Shown piece by piece: positions 47,496 to 57,409 of a stretch of 64,000 nt of DNA (positions are counted from its first letter, which is position 1; each line of letters starts with the position of its first letter). Source of the stretch: a virus (Duplodnaviria; Heunggongvirae; Uroviricota; Caudoviricetes); IMG/VR virus record IMGVR_UViG_3300029474_000225, positions 35,109 to 99,108 of that record; one strand, given 5' to 3'. The notes under the pieces were generated by a model, which made no database searches, was not told the origin of the DNA, and saw nothing but the letters and a program-made list of their open reading frames with translations. Both the position numbers and the translations under genes were made by a program.

Positions 47496-48227
47496 ATGGT
47501 ATATCAAGGAAGTAAAAACAGATTGGCAAAATTTTTAGTGCCAATTATTCAGAAGTATATTGATGATAATAATATTAAAACTTACATAGAGCCTATGGTT
47601 GGTGGAGCTAATCTTATTGATAAGATTAAATGTGACAAAAGAATTGGAGCGGATATTAACGAGGAATTGGTTACTTTGTTGAAATATGCTCAGACAGACA
47701 ACAGCTTATCTATTGCATCTGAAGTATGTACATTTGAACATTATGCAGAGGTTAGAGAAGATAGAAAACTTGGAACTCATAAGTATTCACCAGAATATAT
47801 TGCATTGATTGGATATATGGCAAGCTATGGTGGTAGATATTTTGATGGTGGTTATGGTAGAGATTCAAAGGGTGGTAGAAGTATTTATAATGAGAGATTA
47901 AATAATTTCAAGGAACAAGCACCGAATTTAAATGATATTGAATTTATGTGTTGTGATTATCAGAATTTCTCAGATTATAAAAACTGTGTATTCTATTTTG
48001 ATCCACCTTATAAAAATACAAAACAGTATTCTAAACAGTCAATTGACTACGATTCTTTTTACGATTTTCTTCGTAAACTTTCAGAGAACAATATAGTGTT
48101 GGTAAGTGAATATAATATGCCTAATGATTTTAAGTGTATCTGGCAGAAAGAGCGTAAAGTGTTGCAGAAGTCAGATAGAGTAACAGGCGAAAAAGCAGTA
48201 GAAAAGTTATTTGAAATAAGAGAATAA
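47496..48227 (+). CDS. dam: Dam-family DNA adenine methyltransferase (alpha class)
   Basis: N-terminal YQGSKNRL motif, FxGxG-like EPMVGGANL, and motif IV FYFDPPY. Confidence 0.75.
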   Translation: MVYQGSKNRLAKFLVPIIQKYIDDNNIKTYIEPMVGGANLIDKIKCDKRIGADINEELVTLLKYAQTDNSLSIASEVCTFEHYAEVREDRKLGTHKYSPEYIALIGYMASYGGRYFDGGYGRDSKGGRSIYNERLNNFKEQAPNLNDIEFMCCDYQNFSDYKNCVFYFDPPYKNTKQYSKQSIDYDSFYDFLRKLSENNIVLVSEYNMPNDFKCIWQKERKVLQKSDRVTGEKAVEKLFEIRE

Positions 48228-48246
48228 ATATCTGGAAGGTGATAAT

Positions 48247-48633
48247 TTGATAGAACCACAGTTTTGTGTTCAAGAATTAATATCTATGGAATATGTAGAC
48301 AGAGGAGTTTTAATCCTATATCCATATGAACTTAGCAATGAACCAATATTAAAAGACAATATTCCCAAAATGACAAAAGTGATAAGAGAATATATAAAAG
48401 AGTCTGAGATGTATAGAAAGTGTGTAGATACAATTCCAAATCTTATATGGGATTCTCAAAAATTATCTATGCAGAATGAAGCTGATGAGCATCAAAGAAA
48501 AGCCGATGAACTTGCAGAAATAATGAATGAAGGTATCAGTCCTTATGTATGGTATGTCAAAGATAGGTTTGATGGGGAGATAAGTGGTTTTCATTACAAT
48601 GTAGATAATATAGTTTATTTGGACAAAAAATAA
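48247..48633 (+). CDS. hypothetical protein (TTG start)
   Basis: SD GGAAGGTGA upstream. Confidence 0.45.
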   Translation: MIEPQFCVQELISMEYVDRGVLILYPYELSNEPILKDNIPKMTKVIREYIKESEMYRKCVDTIPNLIWDSQKLSMQNEADEHQRKADELAEIMNEGISPYVWYVKDRFDGEISGFHYNVDNIVYLDKK

Positions 48634-48666
48634 CAAGAAATTTTGGTTTCCTATGGAGGTGGTCTG

Positions 48667-48873
48667 TTGGAATTAGACAGAGCAATAAGAATCATAAATC
48701 ATGATATTGATGAAAATGCGTCAGAATCAGAACAATTAGAAGCATTTAAAGTATTCTTTAAAGAATTATTTGATACAGATATACAAAATAGTGATGGTGG
48801 ATATAGAAGTATCTATGATGTATTTTCAGAAGCAAGCAAAAAATACAATCAAAAAAACGACAAAGGTGATTGA
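48667..48873 (+). CDS. hypothetical protein (TTG start)
   Basis: SD GGAGG 7 nt upstream of the TTG. The track ORF begins 24 nt earlier. Confidence 0.45.
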   Translation: MELDRAIRIINHDIDENASESEQLEAFKVFFKELFDTDIQNSDGGYRSIYDVFSEASKKYNQKNDKGD

Positions 48874-48875
48874 TT

Positions 48876-49067
48876 ATGAGAATTGAAGAAGGAGAATATA
48901 TTGAACCAGAGTCCATAAATGAAGACATCATAAATGCTATAAATACAGTTAAAGAGTATTGTAGCGCACATGAAGAATATGAAGATTGTAGAAGATGTGT
49001 TCTTGGAGACGGTATTCATAATTGTGGATGTAGCAGTCCTTATTTATGGAGCATTAGAAAGAAGTAA
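48876..49067 (+). CDS. Cys-rich hypothetical protein
   Basis: SD AAGGTGA upstream. Confidence 0.5.
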   Translation: MRIEEGEYIEPESINEDIINAINTVKEYCSAHEEYEDCRRCVLGDGIHNCGCSSPYLWSIRKK

Positions 49068-49155
49068 CAGAGAATATAACAAAGTAATTACAATTAAGGA
49101 AAGGAAAATGTTCACATGTGAGTAAAGCTGCGCAGCTACTATCGGTGAACGAATA

Positions 49156-49698
49156 TTGGCATTAAATATTGGATATTTAACATCAGATAAGGAAGATAAT
49201 GAGTTATACACGCCCTATTACGCAACAGATCACATTATTAAATATCTTCCAAAGGATAAAATTATATGGTGTCCATTTGATGAAGACTGGTCTGCTTTCT
49301 ATAACAGGCTAAAAGAGGAAGGATACAATGTAGTCAGAAGTTCATTAGCTGAAGGTCAGGATTTCTTCAATTACGAACCTGAAAAATGGGATATCATAGT
49401 TAGCAATCCACCCTTCTCAATCAAAGATAAAGTCTTAGAAAGACTCTATTCATTCAATAAACCATTTGCGGTTCTTCTACCGCTTAATTCCCTACAAGGT
49501 AAAACAAGATATAAATATTTCAAAGATGGTATTCAGATCCTTAGTTTTGATGCAAGAATTTGCTATCACAATAAAGAGCATATGGACTCTGTAGTAAAGG
49601 GTAGTCCATTTGCAACGGCATATTTCTGTAGAGATTTATTACCAAAGGATCTAATTGTTGAAAAATTGGTTACATATGAAAGACCATTAGGAGAATAA
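49156..49698 (+). CDS. putative N6-adenine methyltransferase (NPPF motif)
   Basis: Motif IV IIVSNPPF. TTG start with a weak SD. Confidence 0.5.
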   Translation: MALNIGYLTSDKEDNELYTPYYATDHIIKYLPKDKIIWCPFDEDWSAFYNRLKEEGYNVVRSSLAEGQDFFNYEPEKWDIIVSNPPFSIKDKVLERLYSFNKPFAVLLPLNSLQGKTRYKYFKDGIQILSFDARICYHNKEHMDSVVKGSPFATAYFCRDLLPKDLIVEKLVTYERPLGE

Positions 49699-49702
49699 AA
49701 GT

Positions 49703-49903
49703 ATGAGAATGTATGAATGTACCAAAGAATTTAAAACAACCTTATTTGATAAAAATGAGGTAGAAAGAATAAAAATAGAAATTGGTTCTATTTGGTTCGT
49801 AGCACAGAAATTATCAGATGGCAGATATATTCTCAGTAATAACAAAATAGAACTTACTCTATGTGAAAATTTATTAAAAAGTAATTTTGAGAAATATGGA
49901 TAG
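49703..49903 (+). CDS. hypothetical protein
   Basis: SD TTAGGAGAA upstream. Confidence 0.55.
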   Translation: MRMYECTKEFKTTLFDKNEVERIKIEIGSIWFVAQKLSDGRYILSNNKIELTLCENLLKSNFEKYG

Positions 49904-49967
49904 TTTTATTAAAATCTCAATTTCTGAAACGCCCTAAAATCAAGGCTTTCAGAGGTTGAAAAAGGCA

Positions 49968-50456
49968 ATGAAAACCACGTTTCTTGTGGTTGTGAAAGTA
50001 GGTGATAAATTGAAAAACACACTATCAGATGTAGCTCAGAACTTTGATAAGATGAGCGATTCAGAAAAAGCAAAAGCGAATGATAAAATTCGAGAAAATG
50101 TTAAAGAAATTATGAAACCTCATCCAAGAACTGAACGAGAAAAAGAACTTGACAGATTGGCGAAGGAAGAAAAAGAGGAGTATGAAAGAAACAAAAATGC
50201 TTTCTATGCTAATCCTATTCATTGGAATAATAATAAGCGTAGAAGACATGGATTACATGCGTTAAGAGGCGATGTTAATAAATATCGCTCAAAGATATAT
50301 CCAGTATTTCATCCTTCTGTAAAATTCTTTGGATTGTTAGATGATATTACTTCTGAAATATTAGAAAATAAATTTAAAAATGGTGAATTTGATTATCTTT
50401 TTAATTCTTTTGTAGAAGTAAAAGATTTGGCAGTTGGTGATGCGAAGGTGTTTTAG
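49968..50456 (+). CDS. hypothetical protein
   Basis: Track ORF. The start is uncertain: TTG at 49956 or ATG at 49968. Confidence 0.5.
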   Translation: MKTTFLVVVKVGDKLKNTLSDVAQNFDKMSDSEKAKANDKIRENVKEIMKPHPRTEREKELDRLAKEEKEEYERNKNAFYANPIHWNNNKRRRHGLHALRGDVNKYRSKIYPVFHPSVKFFGLLDDITSEILENKFKNGEFDYLFNSFVEVKDLAVGDAKVF

Positions 50457-50481
50457 AGTGAGCGAATAGGAGAATAACAGT

Positions 50482-50733
50482 ATGGAGTTATCACAAGATG
50501 AAAGACAAAGATTTTTAGAGTTAATAGATAAAGTAAGTCCATGTGCTGCAATTTCTGAAAAAGAAAATCTTGAAAAGTTTAAAGAGTGGCTGGATAGTGA
50601 TAGATCAAAAAGAGTTACATTTGTTGAAGCTCCAAAAATATTTAAAGATCAGGTTGGAGCTGACAAAGTGATTCTTATACCAACAAATGACGAAACTATA
50701 AAGCCAATAAGAGTAATATTCGAAGGAGAATAA
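50482..50733 (+). CDS. hypothetical protein
   Basis: SD TAGGAGAA upstream. Confidence 0.55.
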   Translation: MELSQDERQRFLELIDKVSPCAAISEKENLEKFKEWLDSDRSKRVTFVEAPKIFKDQVGADKVILIPTNDETIKPIRVIFEGE

Positions 50734-50737
50734 CAGT

Positions 50738-51037
50738 ATGAAAAGATACAAATTAACCAGAAGTCCTAATCCAGAAACTCATGCATCTGGTGAAGTAATA
50801 TTTATAAAAGATGAAAATGGTAATGAGCTTAATGTCGGATTTGGTGATCAATGTGATGCATTTGATTATATAAAATTGCAAGTAGAAAACGACAAAGAGT
50901 ATACTGACTGTCTTAATAATCCAAGCAAACATATTATGGATATGTATAATTCATTGGATGAGTTTGATAAAAAGATGATCGAACAGAGTTTAATACAAAA
51001 ATATAGAAACGAATGCATGTATCAATATTTTAGGTAG
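50738..51037 (+). CDS. hypothetical protein
   Basis: SD GAAGGAGAA upstream. Confidence 0.55.
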   Translation: MKRYKLTRSPNPETHASGEVIFIKDENGNELNVGFGDQCDAFDYIKLQVENDKEYTDCLNNPSKHIMDMYNSLDEFDKKMIEQSLIQKYRNECMYQYFR

Positions 51038-51046
51038 GTGAGAAAT

Positions 51047-51328
51047 ATGAATAAGAGACAGAGAAAGAAATCATTTAAACAGACACTTATTAAGGTTAGA
51101 AAACTGCATCCACAGAAGGGTGATGTGATTTGTTTTCAGCCTAATTTTGATTATGTTGACTTGGGAACTATGTGTGATTTTTTGAGAGTATATGAAGATA
51201 ATAAGATTTTTGGAGAAGCTAAACTTACTATTATTCCGTCAGATATTAGACATATATATGGTGGTAAAGAATCAGCACAAGTCTTTGTTGACAAGTTACA
51301 GAGTATTGTAGATCAGATGGGAGAATAA
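51047..51328 (+). CDS. hypothetical protein
   Basis: SD GTAGGTGAGAA upstream. Confidence 0.55.
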   Translation: MNKRQRKKSFKQTLIKVRKLHPQKGDVICFQPNFDYVDLGTMCDFLRVYEDNKIFGEAKLTIIPSDIRHIYGGKESAQVFVDKLQSIVDQMGE

Positions 51329-51332
51329 AACT

Positions 51333-51611
51333 ATGGGGTTGACAAAAGATCAACAGATATATGCAGCCATAGACTTATTAAAACATCATGGATACAAAGT
51401 ATATAAAGATTATTCAATGTTGATTGGTAAGTGGGTTGCATTTTGGCAGGAAGGAATGACACATATTTTGCATGGAAAAGTCATAGAAGTTTGTGGTGAA
51501 GATAATACATATTTTAAAGTTAAATGTAAGAATTCTTATTATAGATATGTTGCTATGATCGATGTAATTGAGTTCTGCGACAATAAAAGTGATTGTTATG
51601 CGATAAGATGA
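51333..51611 (+). CDS. hypothetical protein
   Basis: SD TGGGAGAA upstream. Confidence 0.55.
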   Translation: MGLTKDQQIYAAIDLLKHHGYKVYKDYSMLIGKWVAFWQEGMTHILHGKVIEVCGEDNTYFKVKCKNSYYRYVAMIDVIEFCDNKSDCYAIR

Positions 51612-51715
51612 AAGAAGCATTTCTTGTTGATTTTATCTAAGAGCGTTTCTGCTCACAATTTCCAAATAAAAGAGAGAATAATTAGGTGACAATAAATTAT
51701 AAGGAGACATGTTTT

Positions 51716-52408
51716 ATGAGTAAGAAACAGCAATTTAAGGGTTTGAAATTTAATTATTCCATAAATGGGAAAGGATTGAAAAGTAAATATAAGACAATCG
51801 AGGATTTCTTAGACACAGAATTTCCAAAGAACAATAATCCGTTGTCGCCTACTCTTGATACAGAAATTACAAGAATTAAATGGAATGGTAATACTATTTC
51901 TATTTCCAATAAAATTCATACAGTAAGAGATTTGATTGATTTATTAAGTAAGGAAAATGCAGAAAATGTTTTTATTTCAAATATAGATATTAGGTTACAT
52001 GAGTTTAAACCAAAACATGACAATCTCATCAGAAAATCTACATATTCCATAGATGAGGTATACCATAAGGTTAAAGATGTTTTATTTGAGAAAGATAGGC
52101 GACTTGCAAAAGTGGATTTTGATGGAGATTTGATTAAAGGTAATAGTCAAAGATACCAGACATTTTTTACGAAGGGTTGCAAATGTGCAATCTGTGGTAT
52201 CGAAGGAAAGTTTTTCGCAAAAGAAAAATTTGCAGACCAATCAACATATCATCTGAATTTGTATGCAGTTGATGATAATGGTGATGAAATTTTAATGACA
52301 AAAGATCATATTATACCACGCTCAAAAGGTGGTATTGATGATATTAGTAACTATCAAACAATGTGTAAGCTTTGTAACGAAGCAAAAGGTAACAAATTAG
52401 AAGATTAA
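51716..52408 (+). CDS. HNH endonuclease
   Basis: C-terminal HNH motif CKCAICG...H..H.IPRSKGGIDDISNYQTMCKLCNEAKGN. SD AAGGAGA upstream. Confidence 0.75.
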   Translation: MSKKQQFKGLKFNYSINGKGLKSKYKTIEDFLDTEFPKNNNPLSPTLDTEITRIKWNGNTISISNKIHTVRDLIDLLSKENAENVFISNIDIRLHEFKPKHDNLIRKSTYSIDEVYHKVKDVLFEKDRRLAKVDFDGDLIKGNSQRYQTFFTKGCKCAICGIEGKFFAKEKFADQSTYHLNLYAVDDNGDEILMTKDHIIPRSKGGIDDISNYQTMCKLCNEAKGNKLED

Positions 52409-52479
52409 ATAAGAAAGGAAAAATTAGAAAAGTTCCTTAAGGATAAAGTGCGCACTACTTACTAAGGTAAGAGGAACTT

Positions 52480-53799
52480 ATGTATTGTGCTTATATCACA
52501 ACATTAAAAGGATTAAGAAAACATAGTAACGCTGATAGATTACAGTGTGTAGAAGTATTTGGACAGAATGTAATTGTAGATTTGAGTTATCAGGAAGGAC
52601 AGAAAGTAGTCTTCTTTCCATCTGACGGTCAGTTATCACTTGAATATGCAACAGATAATAACCTTGTCAGAAAGAAAGACGAGAATGGAAACAACATTGG
52701 TGGTTATATGGATGCTGAGAAGAGAAATGTAACCGCTATTAGACTTAGAGGTGAGAAGTCAGAAGGACTTGTATTACCTGTTGAGACGCTTTCTAAGTAT
52801 ACAGATATTTCAAAATTAAAAGATGGCGATCAGATTACAGTTCTTGGTGGTCATGAGATTTGTCAGAAATATATTCCAAGAGGAAAGAATCGTTCAAGAG
52901 GTAATGGAAATAGTTCAAATAAGAAGAACAAGTTTCAGAAAGAAACAGTATCATATCCATTTTTTGAGGAGCATAAAGATACAGCACAGCTTGCATATAA
53001 TATGTCAGCATTTAAGCCAGGAGATACAATTTATATTACTCGTAAGCTCCACGGAACATCAGCTCGTACTATGAAGACTGTTAAGATTACAAAAAAGAAT
53101 AATAAGCTGAGAAAATTCTTACATATGCAGCCAAAGGTTACAAGAGAAGTTTCTGTTGTATCTGGTAGTAGAAGAGTTGTATTAAAGGATATGACAAAGA
53201 ATGATGGATATTATTCTGATAATGGATTTAGAAAAAAGTACCACGATTTATTAAAAGACAAGCTTCCTGAAGGTGCTGAAATTTTCTATGAAATTGTCGG
53301 ATATGTAAATGAAACAACACCAATTATGGGTTCAGTATCTAATAAGGGAGTTAAAGAAAAAGAATTTACAAAGAAATTTGGCGACACTACAACATTCTCA
53401 TATGGTTGTGAGCCAGGCGAAAATGAGATGTATGTGTATCGAATGACAATGACAACAGCAGACGGAACAGTTGTTGAAGTGCCTTGGGAAACTGTAGAGG
53501 TATGGTGTGACAAGTTAGGTGTTAAGCATGTACCTGATTTAGAGAAGTTTATTTTTACTACACCAGAAGATTTGAAAAAAAGAGTAAATAAATATCTTGA
53601 TGGTATGCCAGCAGATGAAATTGGCAAGACACATATTGCTGAAGGTGTGGTTGTTCGTATTGATAACAGAGCGACATTTACAGCTTATAAGGATAAAGTA
53701 TTTGAATTTAAGGTAATAGAATCGATCATTAAAGATACGTCTGATGTGCCAGATATGGAAGAAGCAGAGGAAGTTTTAGAGGAGACTTTAAATGAATAA
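52480..53799 (+). CDS. ATP-dependent RNA ligase (Rnl-type, KxHG nucleotidyltransferase motif)
   Basis: Motif I ITRKLHGTSA, with flanking conserved blocks EIFYEIVGY and VPWETVEVWC. SD TAAGAGGAA upstream. Confidence 0.6.
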   Translation: MYCAYITTLKGLRKHSNADRLQCVEVFGQNVIVDLSYQEGQKVVFFPSDGQLSLEYATDNNLVRKKDENGNNIGGYMDAEKRNVTAIRLRGEKSEGLVLPVETLSKYTDISKLKDGDQITVLGGHEICQKYIPRGKNRSRGNGNSSNKKNKFQKETVSYPFFEEHKDTAQLAYNMSAFKPGDTIYITRKLHGTSARTMKTVKITKKNNKLRKFLHMQPKVTREVSVVSGSRRVVLKDMTKNDGYYSDNGFRKKYHDLLKDKLPEGAEIFYEIVGYVNETTPIMGSVSNKGVKEKEFTKKFGDTTTFSYGCEPGENEMYVYRMTMTTADGTVVEVPWETVEVWCDKLGVKHVPDLEKFIFTTPEDLKKRVNKYLDGMPADEIGKTHIAEGVVVRIDNRATFTAYKDKVFEFKVIESIIKDTSDVPDMEEAEEVLEETLNE

Positions 53800-54682
53800 A
53801 CCTACACTATGGATCATGTGTGGTCTGTCTGGTAGTGGCAAATCAACCATTGCCACTCAGATTGCCAATGAGAACCCAAATACAATAATTGTATCATCAG
53901 ATGCAATTCGTGAAGAATTGACAGGTAATTACGAAGACCAAGAACATAATGAAGAAGCGTTTAAGATTTTTCATGATAGAATACGCAAGAATTTAGAGAA
54001 TAAAAAGAATGTAATTGCAGATGCAACTAATCTGACTATGAAATCTCGCAGAGCAATTATGATGAAAGTGAATGGGTTAAATATCAAAAAAGTGTGTGTA
54101 ATTATACCAAAACCATTTGAGCAGTGCAAAGAAGATAATTTACATAGAGAACATCCTGTACCTGGGTTTGTATTAGAGAAGCAGATTAGAAAATATCAGA
54201 TTCCATTCAAGGAAGAGGGATTTGATGAAATTATTATTCATAAATTTCATAATGCTAATGCAATGACCATAGGTAAATTGATTGCTAAAATGAAAGATTT
54301 TGACCAGAAGAATCCTCATCATACTATGACTTTAGAAAATCATTGCTTTAATACATATGATTTATTTATAGAAAAAGGATATAAAGCTGAATACAACATG
54401 GGAGCAGTTCTTCATGATTATGGCAAACTATATTGCCAGATAATTGATGAAAATGGTATAGCTCATTATTATGACCACCCATCTGTTGGATGCTATTTGG
54501 TTTTAGAGAATTTAATAGAAAAGTTTAATAAGGTTGTCTTAGACACATGTTTCCTTATCAATTACCATATGATGCCTTTTAATTGGGATACTGATAAAGC
54601 AAAGCAGCGATGGAAAGAAAGATTTGGAGAATATAAATATAAGATGCTTTTAGATTTTAATAAATGCGATAGAGCGAGGTAA
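53792..54682 (+). CDS. polynucleotide kinase-like P-loop kinase fused to HD-domain phosphohydrolase
   Basis: Walker A GLSGSGKST, then HD-domain motifs LHDYGK and HPSVG. It overlaps the RNA ligase gene by 8 nt. Confidence 0.65.
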   Translation: MNKPTLWIMCGLSGSGKSTIATQIANENPNTIIVSSDAIREELTGNYEDQEHNEEAFKIFHDRIRKNLENKKNVIADATNLTMKSRRAIMMKVNGLNIKKVCVIIPKPFEQCKEDNLHREHPVPGFVLEKQIRKYQIPFKEEGFDEIIIHKFHNANAMTIGKLIAKMKDFDQKNPHHTMTLENHCFNTYDLFIEKGYKAEYNMGAVLHDYGKLYCQIIDENGIAHYYDHPSVGCYLVLENLIEKFNKVVLDTCFLINYHMMPFNWDTDKAKQRWKERFGEYKYKMLLDFNKCDRAR

Positions 54683-54686
54683 GAAG

Positions 54687-55244
54687 ATGAATTATTTTAT
54701 ATCAGATTTACATTTTGGACATAAAAATTGTCTATCTTTTGATAATCGACCTTTTAAATCAATCGAAGAGAATGACGAGACGATTATTAAAAATTGGAAT
54801 AACACAGTAAAAATTGATGATGATGTATACTTGCTTGGAGATATTTCGTGGTACAACACAACAAAAACTATTGGAATTTTTAACAATTTGAATGGGAATA
54901 TCCATCTAATCAAGGGCAATCATGATGGTAAGTTGCTAAAGAACAGGGAATTGCAGAGTAGATTTTGTGAGATTGTTGATTACAAGGAACTCGATATTGG
55001 TGATGGTAAGATTGTAGTTCTGTGCCATTATCCAATTCCTTGCTTTAAGAATCACTACTACGGAAGCTACCATCTCTACGGTCATGTACATACAGGTTTT
55101 GAAGATAATATGATGGAACAAGTCAAGTATCAGATGATAGCTTTATATGATAAACCATGTAATATGTGGAATGTCGGATGTATGAAAAGTTATATGAATT
55201 ACACGCCCAGAACATTAGAAGAAATCATTAAGAGTGGAGAATAA
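54687..55244 (+). CDS. calcineurin-like metallophosphoesterase
   Basis: Motifs DLHFGH, LLGD, GNHD and GHVH. Confidence 0.75.
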   Translation: MNYFISDLHFGHKNCLSFDNRPFKSIEENDETIIKNWNNTVKIDDDVYLLGDISWYNTTKTIGIFNNLNGNIHLIKGNHDGKLLKNRELQSRFCEIVDYKELDIGDGKIVVLCHYPIPCFKNHYYGSYHLYGHVHTGFEDNMMEQVKYQMIALYDKPCNMWNVGCMKSYMNYTPRTLEEIIKSGE

Positions 55245-55250
55245 AGATTT

Positions 55251-55898
55251 ATGAGTCTATTAGAAAAATATAGCTGCATATTTTGCAAATATAGAAAACT
55301 TAACAAAAATCATAATTATGCTTGTATGGATAGTTGGAATAAAGATGAATATGGTTATCCTATTGGCAAGTGTAATTCATTATCAAATATATACTATGGC
55401 AAAATCACTAAACTTTTTCCATTCAAGCAAATTGATTATTGGCAAACAGAAAGAGCTTATAAAAAAGAAGAAAAGTACAATGAAGTAATGGACAAAAAGT
55501 ATGGTGATTGTGGTATAGAGACAGATGATTGGAAATTCATTTGGGGAATAACAAGTTGGGATGATTTATCTGGTCACGAAGCAAATATGTATACCATGAA
55601 TGATATAGATATTACATATGACAAGCAGAAAAAAGAATATATGCTTGGAGTTGAAACAGCATATATGTTTGAAACATATAATTCCGCTTGTAATTATCTA
55701 AAAGCATGTTTAGAAGCATTTACAAAATATATGGATGATAACGGATTAGATAAAAATAAACAGTATAGTCTATTCATGAGCAATCCCTGTACAAGTATGG
55801 TAGCTGATTCGATTGAGGATTTATATACCAATTTTAAAATTTTTGTTGATGGGTTTTGCAATCAGAATATCACTGAAAATAAAAAGGATGGAGAATAA
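55251..55898 (+). CDS. hypothetical protein
   Basis: SD AGTGGAGAA upstream. Confidence 0.6.
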   Translation: MSLLEKYSCIFCKYRKLNKNHNYACMDSWNKDEYGYPIGKCNSLSNIYYGKITKLFPFKQIDYWQTERAYKKEEKYNEVMDKKYGDCGIETDDWKFIWGITSWDDLSGHEANMYTMNDIDITYDKQKKEYMLGVETAYMFETYNSACNYLKACLEAFTKYMDDNGLDKNKQYSLFMSNPCTSMVADSIEDLYTNFKIFVDGFCNQNITENKKDGE

Positions 55899-55900
55899 TT

Positions 55901-56077
55901 ATGTGTAACCGTTGTGATTATGACTCACCTGATAATCGAATATATGTAGATCCATTAACAAATGAATACTATTTAGATATTGAAACATCTGAATGGGATG
56001 AGTACGATGATGGGTTCGTTCATCAGAAGGAATATATTTCGTATTGTCCTTGGTGTGGCAGGGAATTAGGAGAATAA
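55901..56077 (+). CDS. small zinc-ribbon protein (58 aa; CNRC...CPWCG)
   Basis: Below the track's cutoff. SD GGATGGAGAA upstream. Codons verified. Confidence 0.5.
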   Translation: MCNRCDYDSPDNRIYVDPLTNEYYLDIETSEWDEYDDGFVHQKEYISYCPWCGRELGE

Positions 56078-56545
56078 ATGAAGATAAAATTAATCAAATT
56101 AAAATTCAATGACACTCATTCATACAAGTACAAACCATTTACATATTGCTGTAATAAAATTCAGAATGATAAAGCCATTGTATTTACAGGTGAAGATATA
56201 AACGACATTGGTGGAGAATATAAAGATGAAGGTATTTCTATTCCTCATTTCTGTACTTCTCATACAGAAGTTATTACATCATACGAAGATGAATGGGAAC
56301 AGACTGACAATTATCCTATTCGGTTCTGCCCTCACTGTGGAGAGAAGATTGGGATTTCAGTTGTAAAAGAGATTGATGTGTCTGATAAATATAAAGAATT
56401 AACTAAACAGCGTGATGAACTATGGAAGAAGTGCCAGTCAACAGATAGTAAGAAAGAAGATTATGAGCTGAGAAAACAGGTTAGAAAATTGGATGACCAG
56501 ATAGATGACTTCTATGAGTTGGATGAGTGGAAAGGAGAATATTAA
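56078..56545 (+). CDS. hypothetical protein with Cys cluster (CPHCG)
   Basis: SD TTAGGAGAA upstream. Confidence 0.6.
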   Translation: MKIKLIKLKFNDTHSYKYKPFTYCCNKIQNDKAIVFTGEDINDIGGEYKDEGISIPHFCTSHTEVITSYEDEWEQTDNYPIRFCPHCGEKIGISVVKEIDVSDKYKELTKQRDELWKKCQSTDSKKEDYELRKQVRKLDDQIDDFYELDEWKGEY

Positions 56546-56546
56546 A

Positions 56547-56867
56547 GTGGAAAACAGATTATTATTTGAGAAAGACGTAATCAAAGCAGTTGATAGGCAT
56601 ACAAAAGATGATGATCGGCTAGACGATGATATTAGTTGTATTCTTGAAGAGATTGCTTCACCAATTCAAGTTGGTTCAATAAAAATAGAGGATAAGCCAA
56701 TACAGAAACAGAGACGAGTATTATTATTCGAGAATGAGAATCTTGACTTAGAACAGCGTGACAACAGATATTATTTATCCCTTTATAATAAGGATGGAAA
56801 ATTTCAGAGAGAAGTCACTATTAATGTTAAGGATGACTACAAGGTTGGACTTTGCAATGGTAAGTAA
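56547..56867 (+). CDS. hypothetical protein (GTG start)
   Basis: SD AAGGAGAA 8 nt upstream of the GTG. Confidence 0.5.
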   Translation: MENRLLFEKDVIKAVDRHTKDDDRLDDDISCILEEIASPIQVGSIKIEDKPIQKQRRVLLFENENLDLEQRDNRYYLSLYNKDGKFQREVTINVKDDYKVGLCNGK

Positions 56868-56878
56868 AGGAGATTATT

Positions 56879-57151
56879 ATGGCAGTATTTAAAAATTTTA
56901 AAGATGATGAGCTGATTGTAAGCTGTAAATGTGGATGTGATGAAGGTATTCATTTTAAGATTCATGATGAAGATGGTGATTATGCCTTCTTAACATATAC
57001 AAACGGTAATTTTTATACTCAGCAAAGATCGTTTTTTGAGAAGTTGAAGAAAATTTGGGCGATTATCAGGAATAAAGATTTTTATTATTCTGATGTCGTG
57101 ATGACAAAGGATGATTTCAAAGAGTTTAAGGAATGGGTTGATAGAAAGTAG
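56879..57151 (+). CDS. hypothetical protein
   Basis: SD AAAGGAGA upstream. Confidence 0.55.
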   Translation: MAVFKNFKDDELIVSCKCGCDEGIHFKIHDEDGDYAFLTYTNGNFYTQQRSFFEKLKKIWAIIRNKDFYYSDVVMTKDDFKEFKEWVDRK

Positions 57152-57160
57152 GTTTGATGT

Positions 57161-57367
57161 ATGAGAGATGAAGAAACAAGATTGTTATTTCAAGCATTGA
57201 GTCAGATTTTAGCCAATCAGGATGACATTAAGAAACACTTAGGACTTAATAGACTTGATTCAGAATATGGTTGGAATGATGAAGATACGATGAAATTATC
57301 AAGAAAGTGTTCAGAAACAGCGGATGATTTTGAACATAATGATAATAATTCTAGTAACTATTGGTAA
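57161..57367 (+). CDS. hypothetical protein
   Basis: Track ORF with a weak SD. Confidence 0.45.
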   Translation: MRDEETRLLFQALSQILANQDDIKKHLGLNRLDSEYGWNDEDTMKLSRKCSETADDFEHNDNNSSNYW

Positions 57368-57409
57368 GTAAATTCAGGTTTCTTGTGAATATTTAAAGGA
57401 GGAATAATA

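Noticed and set aside
6196-53074. Alternative-frame + strand ORFs nested in genes (6196-6435, 6384-6569, 12395-12607, 14447-14707, 15152-15481, 15602-15784, 20786-21028, 35068-35253, 46955-47215, 52823-53074)
   Set aside because: They overlap longer ORFs that carry SDs and recognisable motifs, and have no independent support.
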